A DNA stretch of 64,000 bases. Source: Candidatus Dormiibacterota bacterium. GTDB taxonomy: Bacteria; Chloroflexota; Dormibacteria; Aeolococcales; Bog-877. The position numbers and the translations under genes are program-made. The stretch covers positions 15,089 to 79,088 of the forward strand of contig JBAWFE010000045.1 in NCBI GenBank assembly GCA_049591595.1. Direction: 5' to 3'. Of the stretch, positions 11,256 through 23,168 are shown piece by piece; position 1 is the first letter of the stretch, and every line of letters starts with the position of its first letter. The notes beneath the pieces were generated by a model, which had not been told where the DNA came from, made no database searches, and saw nothing but the letters and a program-made list of their open reading frames with translations.

Positions 11256-12866
11256 GTGAGGCTGAGCCAGGCGCTCGATCTGGCGGCATTGGGCGAGGCC
11301 GAGCTCGTGGCCGGCCGGGGAGGGTTGGAGCGAGAAGTCCGCTGGGCCCACGTTGTCGACATTCCCGACCCCCTTCCCTGGGTGAGCGACGGCCAGCTAC
11401 TGCTAACGACCGGTTTTGCCTGGCCGACCGCGGCCGACGACCAGCGGCGGCTGGTGCATGACCTGGGTGGGCGTGGCCTCGCCGGAGTGGCCCTGGCCGT
11501 CCCCAAGTACCTGGACCACTTCCCCGATGCCGCCAGGGAGGCAGCGGATGTGGCGCAGCTGCCGCTACTGGAACTGCCCTGGGAGGTCACCTTCTCGACT
11601 GTGACCCAGGCGGTCAACCGCACCATTCTCGCCGAGCAGTACGAGGTCATTGAACAGTCCATCCGCATCCACCGGGAGCTGACCAAGGCGGCAGTCACCG
11701 CCGCAAGCCTGCAGGACCTGCTGGACACCCTGGGGCGGCTCATCGATCGCGAGGTGGTCTTGGAGGATGCCGAAGGCCGAGTACTGGCGTTCTGGCCCGG
11801 GGGTGAGGCCTCCGACCCGGTACGGCGCGCCACGCTAGAGCAAGGACGCTCACCGGCTGAGGTGCTGGCCCAGCTCGACCGGCTCGGTCATCTGGACCGG
11901 ATCAAGAGCAGTTCGGTTCCGGTCCGGATCCCGGCCGATCCCGAGATTCACCTCCTGGGCCGGGTGGTCTGCCCGATCTGGCTCCGGGATGAGCTGGTGG
12001 GCACCGTCTGGATCGTCGAGGGCGAGCACGAGCTCAGCGACCTACATCTGCGGGCGGCGGAGCACGCTGCCGTGGTGGCGGCTCTCCACATCGCCAATCA
12101 ACGACAGCTCTCTTCGCTGGAAGTGCGGTTGGGCAGCACCTTCCTCGACGCGCTGCTGGAGGGGAAGTTCGACGCCACCTCCCACAACGTGGAGCGGGCG
12201 CGACTGGTCGGGTTCCTGCCAGAGGCTAGCTACCGGGTGGGGATCCTGGTGTTCCAATCCCAGTTGCCCCTCACCCGTGACGGGGTACTTCACCGAGACC
12301 GCGCTGCCGAGCAGCTTCGGCACCGACTCAGTCGGATCGGAGAGATCCCGATCACCTCATCCCGGTTGAACCAGGTCGCCTTCTTACTCAGCGAGACTGC
12401 GGACAGCGCATTGGTTTGGGAGCCGGGGACGGGTGAGTCAGCCACCGCCTTGGTGCTTGGGATGGCGCAGCCCGGCTCCGATGGAGTCCGGCGCAGCTAC
12501 CTAGAGGCCCTGTCGATCGTAGCCCACGGGGCACCGGGTCAGATCCGGCAGTACGAAGAGATGCTCTTGTTCCGTGTCCTCAACGGTGACCAGTCTGCTC
12601 GCCAGGCATTCCTCGACCAGCTACTGGGTCCGGCCCAGCGGGCCAAGGGCGGCGGCACTCTCGTCACCAGCCTGCTGACCCTGGCCGAGTACGGGTTTCA
12701 CCGGCGCCGGGCGGCGGCCGCGCTGCACGTACATCCCAACACCCTTCGCTATCGGTTGGAGCGAGCCGGTGACCTGCTGCGCCTGGACCTGGCTGACCCC
12801 GAGGTGCGGTTCCGGCTCCAGCTGGCGATGAATCTGATGTCTACGACGCACAACCGGCCCGGGTGA
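11256..12866 (+). CDS. PucR-family transcriptional regulator (PurC-like N-domain, C-terminal PucR HTH)
   Basis: C-terminal HTH ...ALHVHPNTLRYRLERAGDLL... GTG at 11256 is preceded by AGGGAAG. The ORF track frame opens at 11076 but overlaps the upstream oxidase. Confidence 0.75.
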   Translation: MRLSQALDLAALGEAELVAGRGGLEREVRWAHVVDIPDPLPWVSDGQLLLTTGFAWPTAADDQRRLVHDLGGRGLAGVALAVPKYLDHFPDAAREAADVAQLPLLELPWEVTFSTVTQAVNRTILAEQYEVIEQSIRIHRELTKAAVTAASLQDLLDTLGRLIDREVVLEDAEGRVLAFWPGGEASDPVRRATLEQGRSPAEVLAQLDRLGHLDRIKSSSVPVRIPADPEIHLLGRVVCPIWLRDELVGTVWIVEGEHELSDLHLRAAEHAAVVAALHIANQRQLSSLEVRLGSTFLDALLEGKFDATSHNVERARLVGFLPEASYRVGILVFQSQLPLTRDGVLHRDRAAEQLRHRLSRIGEIPITSSRLNQVAFLLSETADSALVWEPGTGESATALVLGMAQPGSDGVRRSYLEALSIVAHGAPGQIRQYEEMLLFRVLNGDQSARQAFLDQLLGPAQRAKGGGTLVTSLLTLAEYGFHRRRAAAALHVHPNTLRYRLERAGDLLRLDLADPEVRFRLQLAMNLMSTTHNRPG

Positions 12867-12920
12867 TTTCTGCGTCGGTCGCACCTAGCCCGAACTGGAG
12901 GCCCCCCCTAAGGTCGATCC

Positions 12921-14228
12921 ATGGCTGAGCCTTCGGACCCGAATGGTTCGGACGATTTGGTGGCGATCCGGGACCGCTCTCTGCCTCGGGGGCTGAGGCC
13001 CGCGATGGACTTCCTTGTTGACCGGGCCCGGGGTTCCCAGGTCTGGAGCGTCACCGGCGACGAGTACATCGACTTCATCGGCGGGATCGGGGTGCTCAAC
13101 GTGGGCCACAGCCACCCCAAGGTGGTGGCCGCCGCCCACAGTCAGATTGATCAGTTGATTCACATCTCGGCCCAGATCGCGGTCTACGAGCCGTACTTGC
13201 GCTTGGCGGATCGACTCTGCCAGCTCGCCCCTGGCGAGTTCTCCAAGAAGGCGATCCTGTTCAGCACGGGCGCCGAGGCGGTGGAGAACACGGTCAAGAT
13301 CGCTCGATCGCACATGGCGCGACCGGGGATCGTGGCTTTTTCTCAGGCGTTCCACGGCAGGACCCTGATGGGGATGAGCCTGACGGACACCGTCAAGCCG
13401 TATAAGGAGGGATTTGGCCCGTTCGCGCCAGAGATCTACCGCTCACCGTTTCCCTACGAGTACTGGGGCTGGGACACAGCGCGCGCACTGGACGCGCTCG
13501 AGGAGTCGCTCCGCACCAGCTGGCCCTCCGACCGAATGGCGGCCTTCCTGATCGAGCCGGTGCTGGGAGAGGGTGGATTCGTGCCCGCTCCATTTGAGTT
13601 CATTCAAGCCCTTCGCCGGCTCGCCGACCGACGCGGTCTCCTGCTGATCGCCGACGAGGTCCAGAGCGGTATCGGCCGCACCGGCCGGCTCTTCGCGATC
13701 GAGCACAGTGGGGTCGCCCCTGATCTGATTGCGATCGCCAAGAGCTTAGGGGGAGGGTTTCCCCTGTCGGCGGTGGTGGGGCGAGCAGAGGTGATGGACG
13801 GGCCCACTCCGGGGCAATTGGGGAGCACCTACGGCGGCAACCCGGTCGCCTGCGCGGCCGCACTCGCGGTCTTGGAGGTCATCGAGCAGGAGGGCCTGTT
13901 GTCCAGAGCCGAAGTGTTGGGGTCCATTTTGGAAGAACGGATGGGGGAGTGGAGTCGCCGGTTTCCCCTGGTCGGAGACGTTCGGGTGCTCGGTGCGATG
14001 GCCGGACTTGAACTGGTGCAGGACCGGGCAACCAAGGAGCCAGCCAGTGAGGCGACTCAAAGGGTGATCGACGGCTGCCGCGAGCGGGGTTTGCTGGTGC
14101 TCCGCGCCGGCCCCCACCACAACGTGATCCGCACCTTGATGCCCCTGAACATCTCCGAGGAGCTCCTTCTGCAAGGTCTCGACACCCTGGAGCACGAGCT
14201 GGCACGGGTGAGCTCAGGCAGCGACTAG
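12921..14228 (+). CDS. gabT: Class-III aminotransferase, 4-aminobutyrate aminotransferase-like
   Basis: 435 aa. [20 protein letters not shown] and [10 protein letters not shown] motifs typical of GabT/omega-aminotransferases. Confidence 0.8.
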   Translation: MAEPSDPNGSDDLVAIRDRSLPRGLRPAMDFLVDRARGSQVWSVTGDEYIDFIGGIGVLNVGHSHPKVVAAAHSQIDQLIHISAQIAVYEPYLRLADRLCQLAPGEFSKKAILFSTGAEAVENTVKIARSHMARPGIVAFSQAFHGRTLMGMSLTDTVKPYKEGFGPFAPEIYRSPFPYEYWGWDTARALDALEESLRTSWPSDRMAAFLIEPVLGEGGFVPAPFEFIQALRRLADRRGLLLIADEVQSGIGRTGRLFAIEHSGVAPDLIAIAKSLGGGFPLSAVVGRAEVMDGPTPGQLGSTYGGNPVACAAALAVLEVIEQEGLLSRAEVLGSILEERMGEWSRRFPLVGDVRVLGAMAGLELVQDRATKEPASEATQRVIDGCRERGLLVLRAGPHHNVIRTLMPLNISEELLLQGLDTLEHELARVSSGSD

Positions 14229-14278
14229 AGTCAGGCTGTGGCCGGCCCGGTGGCCGTCCTCAAAGGAGGGAGTTTGAG

Positions 14279-15724
14279 ATGGCGGCAGTGTTGGACCGCA
14301 GCAAGATGTTCATCGGCGGGGAGTGGACCGAGAGCGCCGGGGACGGGGTGCAAGACGTGTTCAACCCGGCCACCGGCGAGGTGATCGCCCACGCCGCGAA
14401 GGGCTCCAAAGAGGACGTCGACCGGGCGGTGGCAGAGGCCCGGGGAGCCTTCGACGCTGGCTGGGGCGAGTCGACTCCCCGGGAGCGGAGCGAGGCCTTG
14501 CTGCGGCTGGCTGATCGGGTCCAGGAGTACGGCGCGGAGATCGCCAAAATGGAGTCGGAAAACGTCGGCAAGCCGATCTCTTTGGTGCTCTCCGAAGAGA
14601 TCCCGCCAATGGTCGATGCCCTGCGCTTCTTCGCTGGGGCCGCCCGCTGTCTAGAGGGGAAGTCGGCGGGAGAGTACGCCCAGGGGTTCACCAGCATGAT
14701 CCGGCGCGAGCCGATCGGAGTGGTGGGGTCGATCGCGCCATGGAACTACCCCTTGATGATGGCCATTTGGAAGATCGGTCCGGCTCTCGCGGCGGGCAAT
14801 ACGGTGGTGCTCAAGCCCTCGGAATGGACCCCGCTTTCCGCCCTCCGGTTGGCCGAGCTGGCCACCGATATCCTCCCGCCTGGCGTACTCAACGTCGTCA
14901 CCGGAGACGGTGAGCCGGTCGGTGCCAGCCTGGTTCGACACCCGGGTGTCGGGATGGTCTCTCTGACCGGCGATGTCGCTACCGGGAAGGAGATCGCCAA
15001 GACCGCCTCCCAGACCCTAAAGAGGGTTCACCTGGAGCTTGGCGGTAAGGCTCCGGTGGTGGTTTTCGACGACGCCGATATCGAGGCTGTGGTCGAGGGC
15101 ATCAAGGTGGGTGGCTACTTCAACTCCGGGCAGGACTGCACCGCCGCGGCCAGGGTGCTGGTTTCCCGGCGACTTCACGATCGGCTGCTCTCGGAGCTGG
15201 TGCCGGCGGTGGAGTCGTTGAAGCTGGGCGATCCCTTGGATGATTCGACCGAGATGGGTCCGGTTGTCTCCTCGGAGCAGTTGGAGCGGGTTTCTGGCTT
15301 CGTGGATCGGGCTCGGCAGGCTGGCGCCAGCATCGCGACCGGGGGGGAGAGACTCGATCAGCCGGGATTCTGGTATCGGCCGACGGTGGTGCTGCCCACT
15401 GGCCAGGACGCGGAGATCATCCAGCGGGAGGTATTCGGGCCGGTGGTGACTGTCCAGCCCTTCTCGGACGAGGAGGAGGCGGTAGCCTGGGCCAACGATG
15501 TCGACTACGGCCTGGCCGCCTCGATCTGGACCAGGGACGTGGGCCGGGCACTTAGGGTCTCCCGCCGGCTCCACTTCGGAACGGTCTGGGTCAACACCCA
15601 CATTCTGCTGGTCAACGAGATGCCCCACGGCGGTTTCAAGCAGAGCGGCTACGGGAAGGATCTGTCGATGTACTCGCTCGAGGACTACACCCAGATCAAG
15701 CACGTGATGTTCTCCCTGGAGTAG
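14279..15724 (+). CDS. NAD(P)-dependent aldehyde dehydrogenase (succinate-semialdehyde/aminobutyraldehyde DH-like)
   Basis: 481 aa. ALDH motifs [17 protein letters not shown] (catalytic Cys), [22 protein letters not shown] upstream. Confidence 0.85.
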   Translation: MAAVLDRSKMFIGGEWTESAGDGVQDVFNPATGEVIAHAAKGSKEDVDRAVAEARGAFDAGWGESTPRERSEALLRLADRVQEYGAEIAKMESENVGKPISLVLSEEIPPMVDALRFFAGAARCLEGKSAGEYAQGFTSMIRREPIGVVGSIAPWNYPLMMAIWKIGPALAAGNTVVLKPSEWTPLSALRLAELATDILPPGVLNVVTGDGEPVGASLVRHPGVGMVSLTGDVATGKEIAKTASQTLKRVHLELGGKAPVVVFDDADIEAVVEGIKVGGYFNSGQDCTAAARVLVSRRLHDRLLSELVPAVESLKLGDPLDDSTEMGPVVSSEQLERVSGFVDRARQAGASIATGGERLDQPGFWYRPTVVLPTGQDAEIIQREVFGPVVTVQPFSDEEEAVAWANDVDYGLAASIWTRDVGRALRVSRRLHFGTVWVNTHILLVNEMPHGGFKQSGYGKDLSMYSLEDYTQIKHVMFSLE

Positions 15725-15805
15725 CAGCTCCCTGGGGCTGGGTTCAGTTCCGCTGAACGAAGCGGATGGGGGTGCCGGTGGGGGTGCTGTTGAATACGGC
15801 TCAAG

Positions 15806-15834
15806 TTTGACAGTGCCCCCCTTCGGCGATAGAA
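15806..15834 (+). promoter_or_regulatory. Sigma-70/SigA-type promoter TTGACA-17bp-TAGAAT upstream of rpsL (str operon promoter)
   Basis: TTGACA at 15806-15811, 17-bp spacer, TAGAAT at 15829-15834. About 90 nt upstream of the rpsL TTG start. Confidence 0.6.
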
Positions 15835-15923
15835 TGAACGTCCGCGCCTCCGGAGGGGCGTTAGCTTGTCCGCGCTTGGCCATCGCCCCGGAACGGCCAA
15901 AGTTCCCCTAGGTCAAATTCAAC

Positions 15924-16310
15924 TTGCCCACCATCCAGCAGTTGGTCCGCAAAGGTCGCCAGCCGGTGACCAAGAAGACCAAGTCTCCGGCGCTCAAGGG
16001 ATCACCCCAACGACGGGGGGTTTGTGTGCGTGTCTTCACGACCACTCCCAAGAAGCCCAACTCCGCTTTACGGAAGGTGGCGAGGGTGCGGCTGACCACC
16101 AAGACCGAGGTCACCGCGTACATCCCTGGGATCGGCCACAACCTCCAGGAGCACTCGGTGGTGCTGGTCCGTGGCGGCAAGGTGAAGGACCTTCCCGGAG
16201 TTCGTTATCACATCGTGAGGGGTGCTTTGGACACCGCCGGGACCAAGGCTCGCAAGCAGGCGCGCAGCAAGTACGGGGCCAAGCGCGAGAAGTCGGCCAA
16301 GGCTTCCTGA
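15924..16310 (+). CDS. rpsL: 30S ribosomal protein S12
   Basis: TTG start. N-terminus [12 protein letters not shown]. Conserved [11 protein letters not shown]. Confidence 0.97.
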   Translation: MPTIQQLVRKGRQPVTKKTKSPALKGSPQRRGVCVRVFTTTPKKPNSALRKVARVRLTTKTEVTAYIPGIGHNLQEHSVVLVRGGKVKDLPGVRYHIVRGALDTAGTKARKQARSKYGAKREKSAKAS

Positions 16311-16311
16311 T

Positions 16312-16782
16312 ATGCCACGCCGCGCGCGGGTCTCCCGCCGAATCATTGTTGCCGACCCCCAGTTTCACAGCGAGGGACTGGCCAAGTTCATCAATTCGGT
16401 GATGCTCAACGGCAAGCGTTCGACCGCCGAGCACATCGTCTACGATGCCCTGGGAAGGATCTCCAAGAGCCAGCGTCGGGAGCCGCTGGAGGTGTTCGAC
16501 CAGGCCATGCGCAACGTCACCCCGATCATCGAGGTGAAGCCGAAGCGGGTCGGGGGGGCCACTTACCAGGTTCCGGTCGAGATCCGCCACGATCGCCGGT
16601 TGGCGCTGGCTCGTCGCTGGATCATCCGCGGGGCCAGGGCGCGGCACGGCCGAAGCATGGCCGACAAGCTGGCCGCCGAGCTGATGGACGCCAGCAACGG
16701 CATGGGCCAGGCGGTCAAGCGCAAGGAAGACACCCACAAGATGGCGGAGTCCAACAAGGCCTTCTCCCACTTCCGCTACTGA
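16312..16782 (+). CDS. rpsG: 30S ribosomal protein S7
   Basis: ATG at 16312 directly after the rpsL stop. MPRRARV... The ORF track frame extends upstream to 16222. Confidence 0.95.
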   Translation: MPRRARVSRRIIVADPQFHSEGLAKFINSVMLNGKRSTAEHIVYDALGRISKSQRREPLEVFDQAMRNVTPIIEVKPKRVGGATYQVPVEIRHDRRLALARRWIIRGARARHGRSMADKLAAELMDASNGMGQAVKRKEDTHKMAESNKAFSHFRY

Positions 16783-18902
16783 TGGGCACCCAAATGTCGG
16801 TAGCGCCCAGTGGCGCCGGCGCCCTCAAGGGCCGGCGCGTTCCGCTCAGCCAGATTCGCAACATCGGGATCATGGCCCACATCGATGCCGGCAAGACGAC
16901 CACCACCGAGCGGGTGCTCTTCTACACCGGGCGGATCCACAAGATGGGAGAGGTCCACGACGGCGCGGCCACCATGGACTGGATGGTCCAGGAGCAGGAG
17001 CGTGGGATCACCATCACCTCGGCCGCCACCGCCGCCGAGTGGCAGGGTCACCAGATCAACATCATCGACACCCCCGGGCATGTTGACTTCACCGCCGAGG
17101 TGGAGCGGAGCCTGCGGGTGCTGGACGGTGCCATCGCAGTCTTCGACGCCGTCAGCGGGGTCGAACCCCAGTCGGAGACGGTCTGGCGTCAGGCGGACCG
17201 ATACGACGTCCCCCGGATCTGCTTCATCAACAAGATGGACCGGATCGGCGCGGACTTCGACGCGGCCGTGGTTTCCATCAAGGACCGCCTCGGCGCTCGG
17301 GCGATTCCGGTGCAGCTGCCGATCGGAGCCGAGGACGGCTTCCAGGGGGTTTACGACCTGCTCAGAGAGCAGGCCACGGTCTACACCGATGACCTGGGCA
17401 CCGCATTGACCAACACCGAGATGCCCGAGGAGATGGCCGCCGCGGTCAAGGCGGCACGGTTGGAGCTGGTTGAGGTGGCCGCTGAGTTCGACGACGAGCT
17501 GATGCAGACCTACCTGGACGACCGGCCCATCGATCCCGGCCAGCTCAGCCGGGCGCTGCGCAAGGGCACGGTGATCGCCGAGATCTTCCCGGTCTTCTGC
17601 GGCGCGGCCCTGCGCAATCGCGGAGTGCAGCCGCTCCTCGATGGGGTGGTGGAATTTCTCCCCAGCCCCCTGGACCGGCCTCCGATCACCGGGCACGACC
17701 TCAAGTCAGGCGAAGAGCTGCTTCGCGAGGCGGCCGACGACGCTCCCTTCTCCGCCCTGGCCTTCAAGATCATGACCGACCCCTACGTCGGCAAGCTCAC
17801 CTTCTTCCGGGTGTACAGCGGGACGCTCAAGTCCGGCAGCTACGTCTACAACGCCAGCAAAGGCGAGAAGGAGCGGGTCGGCCGCATTCTCAAGATGCAC
17901 GCCAACCGCCGCGAGGAGATCGAGCAGGTGATGGCCGGTGATATCGCCGCCGCCATCGGGCTGCGCCACACCTCGACCGGGGACACGCTCAGCGACGAGG
18001 GCCATCCGATCGTGCTGGAGTCGATCACCTTCAGCGAACCGGTGATCTCGGTGGCGATCGAGCCCAAGACCAAGGCTGACCAGGACAAGCTAGGGATCGC
18101 GCTCCAGAAGCTGGCCGAGGAGGACCCCACCTTCCAGGTGCGAACCGACACCGAGACCGGTCAGAACCTGATCTCGGGGATGGGGGAGCTCCATCTTGAA
18201 GTGATCGTGGACCGGCTCCTGCGTGAGTTCAAGGTCGACGCCAACGTGGGCAAGCCCCAGGTGGCCTACCGCGAGACCTTGCGCAAGGAGGCCAAGGGCA
18301 CTGGGCGGTACGTTCGCCAGACCGGTGGCCACGGCCAGTACGGTCACTGCGAGCTCTTGGTGGGGCCCAACGAGACCGGCAAAGGGTTCGAGTTCATCAA
18401 CAAGATCGTCGGCGGGACGATCCCTCGGGAGTACATCTCGCCCATCGAGAAGGGATGCATCGACGCCCTCCAGTCCGGGGTGGTCGCGGGCTACCCGGTG
18501 GTGGACGTCAAGGTGACCCTCTACGACGGCTCCTTCCACGACGTCGACTCGTCGGAGCAGGCCTTCCAGATCGCCGGCTCGATCGGGATGAAAGACGGGA
18601 TGCGCAAGGCTTCTCCGGTCCTGCTGGAGCCGATCATGAAGGTGGACGTCACGGTGCCCGAGGCCAACCTGGGCGATATCATCGGGGACCTCGCCTCGAG
18701 GCGGGGACACACCCTGGGGATGGAAAGTCGGCGAGGCATGCAGATCGTCCATGCCGAGGTGCCCTTGGGCAACATGTTCGGCTACGCCACCCAGCTGCGC
18801 AGCATGACCCAGGGTCGGGCTAGCTACACCATGGAATTCGACCACTACCAGGATTTGCCGCAAAACCTGGCGGAAGAGATCACGGCCAAGCGCAAGAGTT
18901 GA
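16782..18902 (+). CDS. fusA: Elongation factor G
   Basis: [18 protein letters not shown]-domain and full EF-G length. TGATG overlap with rpsG. Short N-terminal extension or a start at the internal ATG. Confidence 0.97.
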   Translation: MGTQMSVAPSGAGALKGRRVPLSQIRNIGIMAHIDAGKTTTTERVLFYTGRIHKMGEVHDGAATMDWMVQEQERGITITSAATAAEWQGHQINIIDTPGHVDFTAEVERSLRVLDGAIAVFDAVSGVEPQSETVWRQADRYDVPRICFINKMDRIGADFDAAVVSIKDRLGARAIPVQLPIGAEDGFQGVYDLLREQATVYTDDLGTALTNTEMPEEMAAAVKAARLELVEVAAEFDDELMQTYLDDRPIDPGQLSRALRKGTVIAEIFPVFCGAALRNRGVQPLLDGVVEFLPSPLDRPPITGHDLKSGEELLREAADDAPFSALAFKIMTDPYVGKLTFFRVYSGTLKSGSYVYNASKGEKERVGRILKMHANRREEIEQVMAGDIAAAIGLRHTSTGDTLSDEGHPIVLESITFSEPVISVAIEPKTKADQDKLGIALQKLAEEDPTFQVRTDTETGQNLISGMGELHLEVIVDRLLREFKVDANVGKPQVAYRETLRKEAKGTGRYVRQTGGHGQYGHCELLVGPNETGKGFEFINKIVGGTIPREYISPIEKGCIDALQSGVVAGYPVVDVKVTLYDGSFHDVDSSEQAFQIAGSIGMKDGMRKASPVLLEPIMKVDVTVPEANLGDIIGDLASRRGHTLGMESRRGMQIVHAEVPLGNMFGYATQLRSMTQGRASYTMEFDHYQDLPQNLAEEITAKRKS

Positions 18903-18950
18903 GCCACCACCAATTGAGTACAGAGCGCCAAACGCTAAGGGCAGGGAAGA

Positions 18951-20135
18951 ATGGGTAAGAAGAAGTACGACAACAGCAAGCCGCACATCAACGTCGGGAC
19001 CATCGGTCATATCGACCATGGCAAGACGACTCTGACGGCGGCTATCACCAAAGTCCTAGCCGGGGACGGCCTAGCGGACTTCCGTGCCTTCGAGAGCATC
19101 GACAACGCTCCCGAGGAGAAGGCTCGCGGAATAACCATCGCCGCTTCCCACGTCGAGTACGAAACCGCGACTCGCCACTACGCTCACGTCGACTGCCCGG
19201 GCCACGCCGATTACATCAAGAACATGATCACCGGCGCCGCCCAGATGGACGGTGCCATCCTGGTGGTGGCGGCCACCGACGGCCCCATGCCCCAGACTCG
19301 CGAGCACATCCTGCTGGCCAGGCAGGTGGGAGTGCCCTACATCGTGGTGGCGCTCAACAAGGTGGACATGGTCGACGACGAGGAGCTCCTGGAGCTGGTC
19401 GAGCTGGAAGTCCGGGAGCTGCTCACCAAGAACGAATTCCCCGGCGACGACGTGCCGGTGGTGCGGGTCTCGGCGCTCAAGGCTCTCGAGGGCGACCCCG
19501 AGGCGGTAGCTCAGATCCGCCAGCTGATGGAGGCGGTCGACACCTACATTCCGGTGCCGGTGCGCCCCATCGATCAGCCGTTCATGATGCCGGTCGAGGA
19601 CGTGTTCTCGATTGAAGGCCGGGGCACCGTGGTCACAGGTCGGATCGAGCGCGGCCTGGTCAAGGTCAACGATACCGTCGAGATCGTGGGCATCAAGGAC
19701 ACCACGAAGACGGTCGTGACCGGGGTGGAGATGTTCCACAAGCTCCTCGACGCCGGTGAGGCGGGAATGAACTGCGGTTGCCTCCTGCGTGGGGTCAAGC
19801 GCGAAGATGTCGAGCGCGGCCAGGTGCTGGCCAAGCCCGGCTCGATCAAGCCGCACACGGAGTTCGACGCCCAGGTCTACGTTCTCGGCAAGGACGAGGG
19901 CGGTCGACATACCCCGTTCTTCAGCAACTACCGACCCCAGTTCTACATCCGCACCACCGATGTCACCGGCCAGGTTGCCCTCCCTGAGGGCCGCGAGCTG
20001 GTGATGCCCGGGGACAACGTCGAGCTCAAGGTGTCCCTGATCAATCCGGTGGCAGTGGAGGAGGGCATGCGCTTCGCCATCCGCGAGGGTGGACGGACCG
20101 TGGGTGCCGGCGTCGTAACCAAGATCGAGAAGTAA
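18951..20135 (+). CDS. tuf: Elongation factor Tu
   Basis: [33 protein letters not shown]. 394 aa. Confidence 0.98.
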   Translation: MGKKKYDNSKPHINVGTIGHIDHGKTTLTAAITKVLAGDGLADFRAFESIDNAPEEKARGITIAASHVEYETATRHYAHVDCPGHADYIKNMITGAAQMDGAILVVAATDGPMPQTREHILLARQVGVPYIVVALNKVDMVDDEELLELVELEVRELLTKNEFPGDDVPVVRVSALKALEGDPEAVAQIRQLMEAVDTYIPVPVRPIDQPFMMPVEDVFSIEGRGTVVTGRIERGLVKVNDTVEIVGIKDTTKTVVTGVEMFHKLLDAGEAGMNCGCLLRGVKREDVERGQVLAKPGSIKPHTEFDAQVYVLGKDEGGRHTPFFSNYRPQFYIRTTDVTGQVALPEGRELVMPGDNVELKVSLINPVAVEEGMRFAIREGGRTVGAGVVTKIEK

Positions 20136-20167
20136 GCCCAGAGCAAGCAGGAGCCCCAAGGCAGCAA

Positions 20168-20473
20168 ATGGCGCAGCGCATCCGGATCAGGCTCAAAGCC
20201 TATGACCATCGCGTCCTGGATCAGGCCGCGGCTCGCATCGTCGAGACCGCGACCCGCAATCAGGCGCGGGTGGTGGGTCCGGTGCCCATGCCCACCGAGA
20301 TCAACAAGTACACGGTGATCCGGGGCCCCTTCATCGACAAAGACTCCCGCGAGCAGTTCGAGATGCGCACTCACAAGCGGATCGTGGACATCCTCGACCC
20401 CAACCCCAAGGTGGTCGACGCGCTGATGCATCTGAACCTGCCCAGCGGCGTCAACATCGAGATCAAGCTCTGA
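20168..20473 (+). CDS. rpsJ: 30S ribosomal protein S10
   Basis: [18 protein letters not shown]... 101 aa. Confidence 0.97.
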   Translation: MAQRIRIRLKAYDHRVLDQAAARIVETATRNQARVVGPVPMPTEINKYTVIRGPFIDKDSREQFEMRTHKRIVDILDPNPKVVDALMHLNLPSGVNIEIKL

Positions 20474-21114
20474 TGGCGCGCACCCTTTTGGCCCGCAAGC
20501 TGGGCATGACCCAGATCTTCGCCGACGACGGACGCTGTTTCGGGGTGACCGTGCTGGAGGCAGGACCCTGTCCGGTGGTTCAGGTCAAGGATCTGGCCAA
20601 GGATGGCTACCAGGCCGCCCAGATCGGCTTCTCGCCGATGCGCAAGGGCGTCAACAAGCCGCTCCGGGGCCACTACGAAGCGGCCGACCTGGAGCCGCAC
20701 CGGCACTCCGCCGAGGTCAAAGGCCTGGGCGAGGTCACGGTCGGCCAGGTGCTGACGGTCGAGGGCTTCGAGGCAGGCGCGATGGTGGATGTCACCGGAG
20801 TCAGCAAGGGCAAAGGGTTCGCCGGTCAGCACAAGCGGCACAACTTCGGCCGGGGTCCGGTCACCCACGGCAGTCACAACATCAGGCAGGCAGGCTCGGT
20901 CGGTTCGGTGGACGCAGCTCGCACCTGGCGGGGCCTCAAGATGGCCGGCCACATGGGCGATGCCCGGACCACGGTGCAACGGTTGGAATTGATCCGGGTC
21001 GATCTGGAGCGCAATCTGCTGCTGGTCAAGGGAGCCGTTCCGGGAGCCAAGAACGGGGTGCTCCTAGTCACCGAGTCCAGGTCCCGGATCCGCAAGGTGA
21101 GGGGTCAGCACTGA
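20473..21114 (+). CDS. rplC: 50S ribosomal protein L3
   Basis: TGATG overlap. ...KLGMTQIF. 213 aa. Confidence 0.96.
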   Translation: MARTLLARKLGMTQIFADDGRCFGVTVLEAGPCPVVQVKDLAKDGYQAAQIGFSPMRKGVNKPLRGHYEAADLEPHRHSAEVKGLGEVTVGQVLTVEGFEAGAMVDVTGVSKGKGFAGQHKRHNFGRGPVTHGSHNIRQAGSVGSVDAARTWRGLKMAGHMGDARTTVQRLELIRVDLERNLLLVKGAVPGAKNGVLLVTESRSRIRKVRGQH

Positions 21115-21737
21115 TGCCCACCGCCGTGCTCCGAGGGCCCGAAGGGGGCAAGGCGGGGAGTGTTGAGTTGCCCGATAGCGTCTTCGGTGGAGAGGTCCAT
21201 GGGGCCGTCCTGCACCAGGCCCTGCTGCGGCAGCTGGCCGGGGCCCGCCAGGGTACTCATGACACCAAGACCAGGGGCGAGGTCAGTGGCGGTGGACGCA
21301 AGCCGTACCGCCAGAAGGGCACCGGCCGGGCGCGCCAGGGTTCGATCCGGGCGCCCCAGTGGCGGGGTGGCGGCACGATCTTCGGCCCGACCCCGCACGG
21401 CTATCGCCAGTCGATGCCACGCAAGCAACGCCGCCTGGCCCTGCGCTCGGCGCTGGCGGCGCGAGCTGCCGATGGTGCGATCCAGGTGGTAAAGCAGCTC
21501 GAGTACGAGCAGCCCAAGACGGCCAAGCTGGCCACCTTCCTCGACAAGGTCGAAGCCGGACGTCGGGTGCTCATCGTGCTCTCCGAACACTCGGAGAACG
21601 TCGAGCTCTCCGCCCGGAACATCCCTCAGGTGAAGCTGGTATTGGCGAGCAACCTCAGCGTTCGCGACCTGCTCACCGCCGAGACCGTGGTCTTCACCCA
21701 GGCGGCCTTGGACGCGGTCTCGGAGCACCTGGCATGA
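21114..21737 (+). CDS. rplD: 50S ribosomal protein L4
   Basis: TGATG overlap. 207 aa. uL4 signature region. Confidence 0.95.
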   Translation: MPTAVLRGPEGGKAGSVELPDSVFGGEVHGAVLHQALLRQLAGARQGTHDTKTRGEVSGGGRKPYRQKGTGRARQGSIRAPQWRGGGTIFGPTPHGYRQSMPRKQRRLALRSALAARAADGAIQVVKQLEYEQPKTAKLATFLDKVEAGRRVLIVLSEHSENVELSARNIPQVKLVLASNLSVRDLLTAETVVFTQAALDAVSEHLA

Positions 21738-22036
21738 GAGACCCTTCGCTGGTGCTGATTCGCCCGGTGATCAGCGAGAAGTCGTACGCAGGGATGGCAA
21801 ACCAGCGCTACGTCTTCCGGGTGGCCACCTACGCCAACAAGCTGGAGATCAAGGCTGCCGTCGAGTCTGCCTTCAAGGTCAAGACGGTCGCGGTCAACGT
21901 GATGACGGTGAAGGGCAAGACCCGTACCAGGATGCGTCGCGGCGGGCGCACGGTGGGGCGCAGCCGGGACTGGAAGAAAGCGGTGGTCACCCTGCAGGCG
22001 GGAGAGACCATCGCCAACTTGTTTGAGGGGGTCTGA
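21734..22036 (+). CDS. rplW: 50S ribosomal protein L23
   Basis: ATGA overlap with rpl[18 protein letters not shown]... The ORF track frame is extended upstream. Confidence 0.93.
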   Translation: MRDPSLVLIRPVISEKSYAGMANQRYVFRVATYANKLEIKAAVESAFKVKTVAVNVMTVKGKTRTRMRRGGRTVGRSRDWKKAVVTLQAGETIANLFEGV

Positions 22037-22037
22037 G

Positions 22038-22862
22038 ATGCCGGTGAAGCGGTATCGGCCGACCTCCCCGGGGCGTCGCTTCATGAGCGTGAGCTCGTTC
22101 GAGGACGTGGTCAAGACCAAGCCACAGCGGGGTCTGACGGTATCGCTAAAGAAGCATTCCGGACGGAACGCGACCGGAAAGATCACCGTGCGCCACCGTG
22201 GAGGCGGCCATCGCAAGATCTACCGGGTAATCGACTTCCGCCGTGACAAGGTGGACGTTCCCGGGACGGTGGCCACCATTGAGTACGACCCCAACCGGAG
22301 CGCCCGGATTGCGCTGATCCACTACCGCGACGGGGACAAGCGCTACATCCTGGCGCCCGAGGGACTGGCGGTCTCGGACGAGATCATGGCGGGGGAGAAG
22401 AGCGACATCCGTACCGGCAATTCCCTGCCTCTGACCAAGATCCCGCTCGGCACAACCGTGCACAACATCGAAGTTCAGCTCGGCAAGGGTGGTCAGCTGG
22501 TGCGGAGCGCTGGAGTCGGGGCTCAGCTGGTCGCGCGCGAGGGACGCCACGCCCAGCTGCGGATGCCCTCTGGCGAAGTGAGGCTCATCGACGTGCGCTG
22601 CAGCGCCACCATCGGACAGGTGGGCAACTCCGACCACTCCAACGAAACCTGGGGCAAGGCCGGCAAGACGCGCTGGCGCGGCTTCCGACCCTCGGTCAGG
22701 GGCTCGACGATGAACCCCTTCGACCATCCCCATGGTGGCGGTGAGGGTCGCTCGGGACCTGGGGGCCATCCCCAGACACCGTGGGGCAAGCCGGCACTGG
22801 GCCATCGCACCCGCAACAGCAAGGCCACCGATCGGATGATTGTGCGCCGGAGAAAGAAGTAG
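22038..22862 (+). CDS. rplB: 50S ribosomal protein L2
   Basis: [14 protein letters not shown]... Conserved GGGHRK and PHGGGEG motifs. Confidence 0.96.
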   Translation: MPVKRYRPTSPGRRFMSVSSFEDVVKTKPQRGLTVSLKKHSGRNATGKITVRHRGGGHRKIYRVIDFRRDKVDVPGTVATIEYDPNRSARIALIHYRDGDKRYILAPEGLAVSDEIMAGEKSDIRTGNSLPLTKIPLGTTVHNIEVQLGKGGQLVRSAGVGAQLVAREGRHAQLRMPSGEVRLIDVRCSATIGQVGNSDHSNETWGKAGKTRWRGFRPSVRGSTMNPFDHPHGGGEGRSGPGGHPQTPWGKPALGHRTRNSKATDRMIVRRRKK

Positions 22863-22865
22863 GCA

Positions 22866-23150
22866 ATGAGTAGGTCAGTCAAGAAGGGCCCGTTCTGCGA
22901 CGCCCCCCTGTTGAAGAAAGTGTTGGAGATGAACCGTGCCAAGGAGAAGCGGGTGATTCGCACCTGGTCTCGCCGGAGCGACATCTTTCCCGAGATGCTG
23001 GGCCACACCATCGCGGTGCACGACGGACGCAAGCACGTCCCGGTCTTCGTCAGCGAGGCGATGGTAGGCCACAAGCTCGGCGAATTCGTGCCCACCCGCA
23101 AGTTCCGCACGCACGGACATCACACCGAGCGCAGCTCGTCCCTCAAGTAG
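22866..23150 (+). CDS. rpsS: 30S ribosomal protein S19
   Basis: [10 protein letters not shown]... 94 aa. Confidence 0.97.
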   Translation: MSRSVKKGPFCDAPLLKKVLEMNRAKEKRVIRTWSRRSDIFPEMLGHTIAVHDGRKHVPVFVSEAMVGHKLGEFVPTRKFRTHGHHTERSSSLK

Positions 23151-23168
23151 GACTGGAGAAAGCAACCG

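Noticed and set aside
16776-20159. Long minus-strand ORFs antisense to fusA and tuf (16776-17696, 18090-19019, 19071-20159)
   Set aside because: They are antisense to EF-G/EF-Tu and have low-complexity translation; high-GC artefacts.
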